Part shown: in pieces, positions 1 to 12,040 of the stretch
Numbering within the stretch: position 1 is the stretch's first letter
Layout: each line of letters begins with the position of its first letter
Origin: Octopus bimaculoides
Lineage: Eukaryota
Assembly: GCF_001194135.2 (NCBI RefSeq)
Contig: NC_068985.1
Coordinates: 86,727,475-86,791,474 of the forward strand
Reading direction: 5' to 3'
DNA: 64,000 nt
Made by a program: the position numbers and the translations under genes
The notes under the pieces: model-generated
The model's database searches: none
What the model saw: the letters and a program-made list of their open reading frames with translations, nothing else
What the model was told of the DNA's origin: nothing

Positions 1-114
1 GTGGGTCTGGCATCGACCACGTTTGGATGGTGCTTTTTACATGCCACTGGCATGGGAGCCAGTCAGGGAGTTACTGGTCACAGCTACGATTGTGGTTTTA
101 CTTGACTCATCATA

Positions 115-816
115 NNNNNNNNNNNNNNNNNNNNNNNNNNNNNNNNNNNNNNNNNNNNNNNNNNNNNNNNNNNNNNNNNNNNNNNNNNNNNNNNNNNNNN
201 NNNNNNNNNNNNNNNNNNNNNNNNNNNNNNNNNNNNNNNNNNNNNNNNNNNNNNNNNNNNNNNNNNNNNNNNNNNNNNNNNNNNNNNNNNNNNNNNNNNN
301 NNNNNNNNNNNNNNNNNNNNNNNNNNNNNNNNNNNNNNNNNNNNNNNNNNNNNNNNNNNNNNNNNNNNNNNNNNNNNNNNNNNNNNNNNNNNNNNNNNNN
401 NNNNNNNNNNNNNNNNNNNNNNNNNNNNNNNNNNNNNNNNNNNNNNNNNNNNNNNNNNNNNNNNNNNNNNNNNNNNNNNNNNNNNNNNNNNNNNNNNNNN
501 NNNNNNNNNNNNNNNNNNNNNNNNNNNNNNNNNNNNNNNNNNNNNNNNNNNNNNNNNNNNNNNNNNNNNNNNNNNNNNNNNNNNNNNNNNNNNNNNNNNN
601 NNNNNNNNNNNNNNNNNNNNNNNNNNNNNNNNNNNNNNNNNNNNNNNNNNNNNNNNNNNNNNNNNNNNNNNNNNNNNNNNNNNNNNNNNNNNNNNNNNNN
701 NNNNNNNNNNNNNNNNNNNNNNNNNNNNNNNNNNNNNNNNNNNNNNNNNNNNNNNNNNNNNNNNNNNNNNNNNNNNNNNNNNNNNNNNNNNNNNNNNNNN
801 NNNNNNNNNNNNNNNN
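115..816. other. Assembly gap (N run)
   Basis: Continuous N, followed by a (GT)n microsatellite. Confidence 1.

Positions 817-872
<56 letters not shown>
817..872. repeat. (GT)n microsatellite
   Basis: Perfect GT run after the gap. Confidence 0.98.
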
Positions 873-874
<2 letters not shown>

Positions 875-1521
875 ATGCGCATGCATGCGTGTGTCCAGAT
901 GTGTTTTTGTGTTGAGAAGTGTGCGTGTATGTATTTGTGAGAATGTGTTGAAATTAGTTTAAGAGGACACCTGAGAAGAATGTAGTTTAAACAAGAAATA
1001 TATACAGAATCTATAATTCTGTTATATTGAACAATATAAATTAATGATTTGTTGGTTAGTATTGTGTCTTCATTGTTTTGATTATAACATACGAGATATT
1101 TGGAATGTGTAGCTTCACCAGAATAAAAGAAACAGACTTATGCGTATCTCATACATTTTAGTTGCTTTCAGAACCACACTGAGGAAAGATAAATATTAAA
1201 ATGCATCAAAAATGAGGAAATTACCCCGTTACATACATCACTGTTTAAAACAACTTGTTTTAATTGGTAATATTAAGCTTAAAATTGAACATTAGTTATT
1301 TCTGTTCGTGAAATAAAAATATATTAAACAAGACAAACTCGAATAACCTCTTACTTGAAGGAATAAGGAAATACTTAAATTGGTTAGTCACCAACACTGT
1401 CAGGCATATTACTTATGTGTATGTGTGTTTTTATGTGTACATGCATGTGTGTGTGTGTGTGTGTGTGCAATATATATGCATATGTTATATATGTATATGT
1501 ATATATATGTAAGTATGTATG

Positions 1522-1801
1522 NNNNNNNNNNNNNNNNNNNNNNNNNNNNNNNNNNNNNNNNNNNNNNNNNNNNNNNNNNNNNNNNNNNNNNNNNNNNNNN
1601 NNNNNNNNNNNNNNNNNNNNNNNNNNNNNNNNNNNNNNNNNNNNNNNNNNNNNNNNNNNNNNNNNNNNNNNNNNNNNNNNNNNNNNNNNNNNNNNNNNNN
1701 NNNNNNNNNNNNNNNNNNNNNNNNNNNNNNNNNNNNNNNNNNNNNNNNNNNNNNNNNNNNNNNNNNNNNNNNNNNNNNNNNNNNNNNNNNNNNNNNNNNN
1801 N
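1522..1801. other. Assembly gap (N run)
   Basis: Continuous N between TATG/TA microsatellites. Confidence 1.
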
Positions 1802-1840
<39 letters not shown>

Positions 1841-2053
1841 GTTGGCCAAAAATTCCTCAACAGTAAATCAAAACTGTTTAATTCCAAGATTAGAACAACA
1901 AATTATTTTATATGAGATTTTGCTAATAAATAAGACAAATGTTGAAAAATCCGGTAATTTTAACTCACACCATTCAATTATTAAACATTCATAATTGGAA
2001 TGAATAAATAAAATTGAATATTAAGTAATTATGGAGTTTTTATTTACTGTCAT

Positions 2054-2450
2054 GTGACTGTATATATTGCCTCACAGAAGCAATGTCTGGTGACTGAGAC
2101 CTTTGTCAATGTGCTATGCTTGAGAGGACCCTTCAAGCCAAATACACCTGTGCTGGTGGCACGTAAAGAACATCTTTTGAACTTTGGGCCACACAGAGAC
2201 AAAGTGGCTGAGTTCCTTTCAAGTGTTGGGCTTTATGGAGATAAGGTGGCTGAGTTCCTCTCAAGCCCTGGGGCTCACAGAGGCAAAGTGGCTGGGTTCC
2301 TTTTGAGTGTTGGGCCTCATGGAGGCAATGACCAAGACCTTTGGCATTATGTCGTACTTGAGAAGAAGACCCATCAAGCTGAGCAAAATTGCAGTTGGCA
2401 CCCATATTGGTGGCACATAGGTGCACTCTGGTGTCATGCAAGGATCAAGG
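2054..2450 (+). mobile_element. SINE-like family C, 5' modules with four 42-bp tandem units
   Basis: Modules GACCTTTGGCATTATGTCGTACTTGAGAAGAAGACCCATCAAGC and GCTGGTGGCACGTAAA recur at 46690-47280; the 42-bp unit GGGCCTCATGGAGGCAAAGTGGCTGAGTTCC.. is repeated four times. Confidence 0.8.
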
Positions 2451-2624
2451 TTAATAGATCTAAGAGGTTGGCGATGTCTTCTTGGAATTACAAAGGCAAC
2501 TTAAATAATAAATGCAAGTTAACAAATTATATATACTCATACACGACAGACTGCTGGCTATATTTTAATTTCTCGAATCAGATGTACCCTCTTTAGACTT
2601 TGAACTCCTGAGTAAAAGATTTTT

Positions 2625-2710
2625 GTGTTGGTCATGGCTGGAATGCATTTGATCATATAAATTTGCATGATTAGGAGCGACCTGGGGGTAAAAAGCACTA
2701 ACAACAATAT
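2625..2710 (+). repeat. Family D repeat, 3' fragment
   Basis: GGTCATGGCTGGAATGCATTTGATCATA..GACCTGGGG..AACAAC; similar to 8170, 22615, 42990, 44720(-), 61030. Confidence 0.55.
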
Positions 2711-3719
2711 CCTTTCCTCTCCTTTAATATGTGTACAACGTCATGTCTCCACTGAAACTATTTCTCATCTGTCAGACAAAGTTGCAGACTTCCATAACCA
2801 GTGATTTGCTAGATTACCAACACTTGTCTCTCTTCTCTCAAAGATAACCGTTTATGAGACAACATCATCTTATCTAATTTGTATCTAATTTACTCTGTTG
2901 TCCAATTTGGTGTTTAGGAAATAAAAACACCAACTAAAATTCCATAATGTTCTTGTGTCTATAAAATCTGAAAGAAGCTTCTACATGGCTGTTCAAGATG
3001 CCAGAAATAACAAGCAAGTTCCACTTGAATTATCTGCTCATGCTTTGAAAAATCAGATATGTCTCAGCTGAGCTTAGAAGATAGTAGTTGTTTGGGGTGG
3101 AAGTATTTCCAATCAGGAACTTCGTCGATTACACTATGCTACACTTCCTTGGAGGTAGGGACAAGACCTTAACCCTAGGACTGTGTGGTTTATTCATTTG
3201 AATGTTAGAGAATCTTGCTTCTGAGTTTAGTAGGCAGCTGCAACAGGTCAACTGTAATACATATCAATACTGCTTGTATTGATTTTGTTTGATTTGGCAA
3301 ACTTGTATCTTGTGGCAAAGTATTTATGTGGGAAACGTTAGGTGATATTTTAGCCAACAGTTGAGACCATTAGTGTCTGTAGTGCTCTACCTAGATGTAT
3401 GATATGCACTAAGTATTCCCTCTTGCTCCCAGAAGAGTTATAACAAGCAACATAGCTTGGTTCAATTCCCTGTTCAAATTAACTGTCTCTAAAAACATTA
3501 TTAGGGAAGATTTCCCAAGCATACACAAATACTGTAAACATCCCCATGTGCATAATGTTAAGGTTAATTACTTCTGTCATGTCGGTATTGCTTCTATAAC
3601 GGTAAAAATACACCATCCCAGATGCCTACCTGCAACACCTGAAATTAAGCCACCTGTTCAGAGAGTGATTGTCTTTTCAAAGTAGTGGCTTATTGGTTGA
3701 CCATTGCTCTTATATAAAA

Positions 3720-4010
3720 TACATGTGGTTAAGTGATTAAGGTATTCCACCTGTGATTGTAAGGCCATGAGTTCGATTCCAAGTAGCATGTCGTGTCTTT
3801 GAGAAAGACATTTCATTTCACATTGGTCCAGTCCATTCAGCATGAAAAAATGAGTAGTACCTGTATTTCAAAGGGCTAACCATGTAACATTCTGTGTCAT
3901 GCAGAAACTCCTTTAGAACTGTGTTAAGGGTACACGTGTCAGTGGAGTACTCAGCCACTTGCATGTTAAATTCACGAGCAGGCTGTTCCATTGATTGGAT
4001 CAACTAAAAC
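3720..4010 (+). mobile_element. tRNA-derived SINE, family B variant
   Basis: A-box-like TGTGGTTAAGTG, B-box-like GAGTTCGATTCC; the body GTGGAGTACTCAGCCACTTGCATG is the reverse complement of the unit at 42360-42530. Confidence 0.65.
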
Positions 4011-4620
4011 ACTCATTGAATGTTTACCATTGAGGAGACCAAATTACATTGAAGCACCAATGTCTACTGATCAACCGATGACATTCTGAGTGAATCAACA
4101 TATTACAGCTAGTGACATTCCATTCTTGTATATACATAATAAATGCTATGCACATTCGTATTTTAATCTAAAGCTGCTTCAAGTGCATATATTAATAATG
4201 TAATATGTTTGGAATGAAGTAAAATAGATCTGGTTATACACACTTGAAGATAAGTATACATTTTATATATATTTAGCATTCTTGGCTGGAACATGTCATT
4301 TCGGGCAATGAGACAGAGCAACACATAGATATGTATCTGCCTTCAGCCTTCCTCGAATGTAATGATGCAGTTAATTTTCTAGTACTTTCTACTCGTTATA
4401 TACACAGGCATTGGTAGGATTAAAATGAATAATCTCTTTTGGTATTTATAAAAGAAAACTGAAACTTGGAATCATACATTTCCTGCAACATTCAGTGTAG
4501 AATTATGCATAAGAGAGCAGAACTTACTGACTGAATAATGAAATAAAAATGTGTTTTAAATATTAATGATACAAAAATACTGTCTTATAGCTTAAGATAT
4601 AGTGTACTGGCGTATATTCT

Positions 4621-4830
4621 TTTCTATTCTAGGCACAAGGCCTGAAATTTTTGTGGAGGGGGCCAGGTGATTAGATTGACTCCAGTACGCAACTGGTACT
4701 TAATTTATTGACCCCGAAAGGATGAAAAACAAAGTCGATCTTGGCGGAATTTGAACTCAGAACATAAAGACTGACAAAATACGACTAAGCATTTCGCCCG
4801 GCATGCTAACGTTGCTGCCAGCTCATGGCC
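4621..4830 (-). mobile_element. tRNA-derived SINE, family A
   Basis: Shares GACCCCGAAAGGATGAAA..AAAGTCGA..GGCGGAATTTGAACTCAGAAC with more than 10 copies; on the minus strand it has A-box TGGCAG.. and B-box GAGTTCAAATTCC. Confidence 0.9.
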
Positions 4831-5099
4831 TTTGTAGTAGCATATATTATTTGTTTTTAAGATGGCTGGGTGCTACTTAGTGGACACTTAGCTACTATGT
4901 CAAGCAGTTCAAATGCTTTCATAAAGACAATGTACTTGACATTTCCTTGCGCTATTATTGAGAATGGTGATGCTGTTGTGCAGCCCCAAATCCATTGTAA
5001 CTGAGCAGACACGTTCTCATAAGCATTTTTTTTTGACACAGTATATCTTGGACTACATAATCTCATATGTCTTACCTTATTTTGAGATCAAGTTATATA

Positions 5100-6060
5100 G
5101 GCCATGGAGAGAGTCATTGCCCAATTAGTCTGTGATAGAGTAGGCTTTGATGAAATGCAGCTTAGCTTTGTTCTTGGAAGAAGTGTCACTGATGCATTCT
5201 TCATAATGAGGCAATGACAGGAGAAATAAGAAAAACTTGGCTAAGAATAAATAAATAAGACTAAACTGGAATATCTGGGTTTTGGTTGATCTGGAGAAAG
5301 CATTTGACTGGATAACACATTTGGTAATCTGGTGGACACTGAAGAAATCAGGAGCAGATGAATGGTCTGTGTGGATGGTTCAAACTATGAACAAGAATGT
5401 AGTAAGTAAAAGTCAGAGAGATGGCAATGACTTCAGTGATGAATTTAATGTGAAGGTAGGCGTCCACCAAGTCCAGTCCTCTCTTATTCATCATAGTCTT
5501 ACAGACCATCACAAAGGAATTTAAGGCTGGCTATCAATAGGAACTCCTTTATCCTAACAACTTAGTTCTCATAGCTGAATCCATAGTGGAATTAGAGAAG
5601 AAATTCCAAGCATGGAGGCTAAACCTAGAATTGAGAGGCCTTAAGATAAATGCAGCCAAGACAAGAGTTATAATAAGTAGGAAAGAAGACAGGACCCTGG
5701 TACCTTCGGGGAAATGGCTTTGCTCAGTTTGTAGAAATGGGGTAGATATAAATTGATGTAGCATATGAACACAGGAGAGACAAAGTGGATTCACTTGCAG
5801 ATCATTAAAAAAAGATATAAGCTTTATACGCACCAGAGCAGTTTGTATGAGGACAAGAAATTGCGCTTCTTAAATACCCACACAGCTCATTAGAAGTAGT
5901 TGATAGCTTCTGTTGCTTGGAAGATGTAATTAGCAAGGGGTGGTGGTGATAGTGGTTGCTCTGAAAGTATAGTTGCTAGATTGAGAACTGGTTGATGAAA
6001 GTTCAGGGAGCTTCTGCCACTGCGAGAGATCCTGTTAAGCATTGTATTTTGTAGGTTTCC
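5100..6060 (+). mobile_element. Decayed RTE-clade LINE reverse transcriptase
   Basis: Across frames: EMQLSFVLGRSVTDAFFIMRQ*QEK, VDLEKAFD (RT motif A), EFNVKVGVHQ, ELLYPNNLVLIAES (5541; YADD degenerated), GKWLCSVCRNGV (PHD-like), KFRELLPL; many stops. Confidence 0.9.
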
Positions 6061-8939
6061 ATTCCCAAATAAAAGATGTTACTATCGTAGACACACAACA
6101 AGAGTTTGAGAATTTACCAAAGTTAATGGAGGACAGGGAATCTTGGTAAAGCATAATGAAATGCATCTCAATTGCAGCTGCTTCAAAAACAAAAGAAAAT
6201 GATCAAAATAGATAAGTTTGGTGAAGAATATAAGAACACGGGTGAAGATTAAATTTATCTAAACTGATGACATCAAGCTATATAGGCCTACTGAGAGCAA
6301 GGTGTATAGCATGCTGTAATTACTTCAGACTAAGACATTTATGTTTAAAGCTTATGTAATGAGGAAAAAAAATCCTCTGGCATTACTATTTTAGTATATG
6401 CACATGAAAGAGGAAGAATTGAAATAAAAATTTAAACATTTATTTATGTCTCACCTCTGAAGAGACAAGATCCCACTTAAACACTATGTCTGGCAGTCCA
6501 CTGACATCACTTGAACCTCAATGTGCTTTTATGACCAATGTTCCATAGAAAAAATAATTTTTCTCTTAGACACAACCTGGCAGAAAACTCCTTCCACATT
6601 TTAGCATACAGACACATGTTAACAATAATGTAGACATGTTTATTTTGATCCTTGTTGCATTGTATGTTACTTCCAAATTAATTGCAGCCTGGCAAATCTC
6701 AGGACACCAGCAAATCTATTGTTTGCTGTTCTCTACATAGAGGAACAGAAGTTCTGTCTTAGTTCCAAATAACTGAAAGCATATCTATTACTGAAGAGTT
6801 AAACTCACACTGAAACTTGGTACCTGGTCGTCTGCTGATATCACTTGGAGCTTGGTATAATAATTTTAATGCTCAAAGTCTATAGAAAGAAAATCTCTTT
6901 TATTTTTTTCAAGACAAAATCCAGTGCCCATTGCCTTTTATGTTCTGCTGTACGGAATGTGTTAAAAAACAAATCTCTACATCTCTATTTTAGTTCATAT
7001 TTATTTAAAATAGATGCTATTTAAAAACTGTATGTCTTTCACAACAATCAGTTACTTAACAATTGTAAACCCTTCACAACAATGTCTATTTCACTGTTGG
7101 ATGTCTTTCAAAACACCGTTTAGCCTGAATGTTGTGTCTTGTATTAATTTTCCACAACAACAACAACAACAGCAACAAAAAAAGACTGTGAGAAATTGAT
7201 TATTATTGTCTAGCAGCAGAATACAATACCAAGTTGGCATATGTTTAAATAAGCATATCAACAACGTATCTTTAATAAAATATTTGAATTAAAATTTTGA
7301 ATATAAAGAATCTAATTACGACAAACCATTTCTACTCGAAGAATATTTTAGAAGAGAGAAACAACAAAACCAAAGCAAAAACAAACAAAAGAAAAATGAA
7401 AGAATTGATTTATATTTTCTACAAATATTTATGATTGCTCATTATATAAAATTCCTGATTTCTAGCCTAGTTGTCTCAAACAAATGGAGAACTAATTAAA
7501 TTCTTGTGTTGAACTGTCTTTTCATTTCACACTATAGCAATATGCTGTAGTATGAGTGAACATCAAAAGTACTGATTGAAATGGTATTATGAAAATACTC
7601 AACCACTGAGCTTCTATTCTGGAGTGCACAAAAGCACATTGTCTCAACAAGTGACAACTCGTTAGGTAAATATTTTGTTTTATATTTTGTGATTAGTTTA
7701 CTTTTGTAACCACTGGTAAATTGTTCTCATAAAATCTTAGATTTGCATACTGCTGTAGCGGGGATTTGAATCTGAATCCTAGGCTTCTTCTTGTGCATTG
7801 TAAAAGCCTTTTCTGGCAGCCAAGTGAGATGTGTCTGCATTCATGCCACACCAGATGGTCCATATATGCAACTCAAACAGTTGACAAAGAACCTCTGTCA
7901 CGACGAATATAGCTCAATTGTTTCCAGTTATATTGGGCAAGCTGCATGTGGTCAGCAACTTGCCATAAGCTCCAATCTTCCATGGAAACATTTCTGGTTA
8001 TGCAGAAATATTTACTCATTTGGAAACACACACACACTTGAATGGTATCAGAAATGTTGATTAACAACAACAAAATCTGCAGTTGCTGCTGCTGCTGCTG
8101 CTACAGCTACCACCACTACCATCACCACTACCACTGGATAATGTATTTCCTAGAGAGACAAAATGGTTGGATCGTCGAAGCTGGAATGCTTTTGATCATA
8201 AGTCTGTTGAATCAGTCAGAGCTGTCTCAGTGTTAAACATTAGCAACAACACTAAGAACATTTTTCTAGTTTCTGTCTTTACACCTGTTTCATAACTGAT
8301 TTGTGGCGGAGATTTTCAACAACAACAACAACAATAACAGTAACAACAACAATAGCAGCAGCGTAAACCACAACAACAACAGCAAAAACAATGGCACCAA
8401 TAATGGCAGCAACAATAAACATCTGTAGCTTTTGTAATATGTCCTCCTTATCGTCATCATTAACCTCCTCATCATTTAACGTCCATTTAACGTCCGTGCT
8501 GGCATGGGTCGAAGCCAACTATGTCCCTGCATACATTCTAAGCATGTGCATCAGTATTGCAAATGCCTCCCCATGTAAAAAGCTATGATAATGAAGCAGA
8601 AAATGGAAACTAGATGCTTGGATATTCCTTTTAAGAGAGAGACATTATTATTCCAAGAACCGGAATAGAAAATTTTATAAACATTATTCTACTCATTACA
8701 CAAGAAATGTACTGAAAATACATTTTAACTCTCCAAGAACAGAGATATTTCTGAAAAATTTATGGTTTTATTACTCAAAGCGAAAAAACTGAAGATACAC
8801 TGATGTATCTACGTTTCCATGTATACATGTATACATGTGTGCATGTATGTACGTATGTATGTGTGCATGTAAGCATGTGTGTATGTATGCATGTTGTATC
8901 TATATGAGTATCTGTAGCTATTGTAGTAGCTGTTGTTCC

Positions 8940-8966
8940 TATAATCATTCTCATTGTTGTTGTCAT

Positions 8967-9002
<36 letters not shown>

Positions 9003-9055
9003 TATCATCATCATCATTATTATTATCATCATCATTATTATTATCATTATTATTA

Positions 9056-9092
<37 letters not shown>

Positions 9093-9133
9093 CATTATCA
9101 CTATCATTATTATTATTGTTATTATTATTATTA

Positions 9134-9206
<73 letters not shown>

Positions 9207-9217
9207 TATTATTATTT
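8940..9217. repeat. Compound (CAT)n/(TAT)n microsatellite
   Basis: Direct read; source of the poly-H/Y/I/M ORF artefacts. Confidence 0.98.
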
Positions 9218-9904
9218 TATAGGTCATCGTAAGTTTATGTTAACTGAAAAGCATTATATTTTGCTTTCAGATTTCACTACAAATTTTCTCTAGTTCGTAT
9301 CAGACACACACATATGTATGCATGTACATACACACACACACACACTCAGACATGCACATACTTATGTGCATATACATATATGTATACATATATATAGATA
9401 CATCCATATATACATGCATATACATTCATATATATATATATATTCATATGGATACACACACACACGTATGTATATATACATGCATTCACAAACACACACG
9501 TATACATATATGTGAGTGTTTGCGTGCATGCATGCCCATGGTGTGTATGTGCATATAAAACAGTGTTTTAGAAAGCCTCGGCAACACAGCAGAAGAAATA
9601 TTAAAAATAAGAAAACAAAATTAACTTCTAGCAGAAAACATTTATTTTTATTCCAACATTTCGGGTGAAAATACCTTTTACAAAAGAGTTATAAGTAGAA
9701 GAGATGTTGTTTGTGTTTATTGCCGTTTCATTTTTGCAACCAGTGATGAGACTGTGTGCCGTTGATAAATGAAGAGAGTGATGATGTAAATGTGTCGCAT
9801 GGATTAGGTTTGGAAGTTCTCTCTTGAATTTATTTTACTAGATTCTCATGTGTGTGTGTGTGTGAGACGAAAGTAGGGTCAGATTGAGCATGATGCAGTG
9901 ACTG

Positions 9905-9936
<32 letters not shown>

Positions 9937-10024
9937 TGCTAGATGAATCATTACGAAATTTCTAGTCCCCTCACAAGTGGCCTTTATTGCAGTTAAAATA
10001 AGTGTAAGGACATGAAATTTGGGA

Positions 10025-10219
10025 TGCATAGTCATAACCATAGTCATAACATCATCATCATCATAATCGTCATCATCATTGTCATCATTGTCTTTGTCAT
10101 TGTTACCACCATCATAATCATTATCCTCATCACCACACCACCACCACTGCCACCACCATCACCATCATCATCGTCATCGTCGTCGTCGTCATTATCATTG
10201 TNNNNNNNNNNCATCGTCG

Positions 10220-10252
<33 letters not shown>

Positions 10253-10345
10253 ACATCATCACCATCATCGTCATCAACATCATCATTTATCATCATCACC
10301 ATCACCACCACCACCACCACCAGCATCATCAGCATCATTGTCGTC
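10025..10345. repeat. Degenerate (CAT)/(CAC)/(CGT) trinucleotide tract
   Basis: Direct read; contains the 10-N gap. Confidence 0.95.
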
Positions 10346-10369
10346 TTCCTACAGTGGTAGCCAAGTGAA

Positions 10370-10585
10370 TCATCTCTATCGTAAGACGTCAACCTCTGTC
10401 CCCCTATTATAGTCGAATGTCTCACTTGGCCCACAGCCACTTCTCTTTGTTCCTCTCTCAAACTAAGAGGTACTTTGTCCTTACTGGTTACTCGACAACC
10501 TCCACTGGTACTGGTACCCCATAAAAGACATCCAGTACAATCTGTAAACTGGTTGGTGTTAGGAAGGGCGCACTTCACCTCATCA
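10370..10585 (-). mobile_element. SINE-like fragment, families B/C, degraded
   Basis: TTGGTGTTAGGAAGGGC (family C core) at 10554 and tail-like ATCTCTATCGTAAGACGTCAAC. Confidence 0.45.
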
Positions 10586-11050
10586 GTGTTCTGCAATAAA
10601 TACAACAACCAAAGTTAAGACTGCAAACATAAACGCTCCTGCTTTCCTTTCTTCAAAAATGCAAATACTCAACAACCATGCATGTCCCGAAATAGCAAAG
10701 ATCAGATAAAACAACATATCAGATAGATAGATAGAGAGAGAGGGGAGGGAGATAAAGAGAGAAAGAGAGAGGGGGTAAGTGAGAGGGAGGAAGAGGGGGG
10801 AAAGAGAGAAAAATGAGGAAAAATCGTAGAAAACCATGGAAAAAGAAGAAAGGAGAAGAACACTGACCAAAGTGAGAGCAGAAGGTCAGCTCAGGTCATA
10901 AAGCAGCTAAGACCACCTGAAAGGTGGATGTGTATTGGATGAGAGTTAGGGTCATCTGAGAGACAGAACCCCGCATCCAATGCAAAGGACATTAAAAGCA
11001 CACAAGTATGCACACACACAGACGAATATAACACACTCTCATAAACATAT

Positions 11051-11111
<61 letters not shown>

Positions 11112-11374
11112 CTCACACACATTTATATACATACACTTGTGTTATTAGCTTTGAAAGATAGTCTGATATGGGTGCTTGGTACATAAAAGCACACACACAC
11201 ACACACATAGATCATAGCAAATGAGAATCGTCCAGCATGGGTGCTGGAATTCCCACGTGATTTCATTCTAATGGAAATCATCAGTGGGAAGCATGTCAGT
11301 CACATCTCACTGCTACAATGTATAAAAGAGCAGCATCTTTACAGACACTAATGTTGCAAATAATCAGCAGACGT

Positions 11375-11413
11375 ACATATGTATGTGTGTGTGTTTGTAT
11401 GTATGCATGTATG

Positions 11414-11446
<33 letters not shown>

Positions 11447-11555
11447 GTGTATGCATGCGTTTATGTATGTATGTATGCATGCATGTATGTATGTATGTAT
11501 GTATGTATGTATCTATCTATCTATCTATCTCTCTCTATATATATATATATACATA
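11375..11555. repeat. (TATG)n/(TATC)n/(TA)n compound microsatellite
   Basis: Direct read. Confidence 0.95.
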
Positions 11556-11557
11556 TA

Positions 11558-12040
11558 CAGGGTCTTACAGATAAATTGAGACAGTCTTTATGATGCATAA
11601 AACTGGTTATAAATACTAAAATAATGGCAGTAGACAGATATAAATTTTAATGTAATATTTATTACAACAAAAACATTTATCACTCAATATGGCCACCCTT
11701 TTGGACGATTTCTGCTTCCAGACGAGAACAAAATTGTTTTGCAGCTGCCACAACCTCCGCCTTTTTGATTTTGCAAGTCACACACACAATGCAGGTTTTC
11801 AAACTGTTGACACTTGAGTGTGGTGAAGTATTGGTTCTTCCTGCTTGAAGTCCACCCCATAAAAAGTTATTGAGAAGATTGAAATTTGGGCCATTACTGC
11901 CTAGATTTTGGGCTTTACAAAAAAAGGCACTTTCTCACCAAGGAAGGCCTGTGTTGCTTTTGACCCATGCCTTGGTGCAGAATCCTGGATAAACACCACA
12001 TTGTCAAGCCCGAACTTCTACTCCATCCAAGGAGATGTTC
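11558..12040 (-). mobile_element. Tc1/mariner (maT/DD37D-like) transposase 3' fragment with right TIR
   Basis: Minus strand DNVVFIQDSAPRHGSKATQAFLGEKVPFF..NGPNFNLLNNFLWGGL..FCSRLEAEIVQKGGHIE* (stop at 11680); ends at TA|CAGGGTC (TA 11556-11557). Confidence 0.8.

Noticed and set aside
23-1994. Long ORFs of 115-311 aa at the window start (also at 13908-14589, 28213-29205 and 54084-55156)
   Set aside because: They are open only because they run through N gaps and dinucleotide repeats
6788-6829. CTGAAGA..GAAAC..GTC as a hammerhead
   Set aside because: Stem II begins with a G-U pair followed by a mismatch, and stems I and III do not pair; consistent with chance
8775-9558. Poly-I/M/H/Y and HTHT/CVCV ORFs here and throughout the window
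   Set aside because: Translations of microsatellites with no domain content
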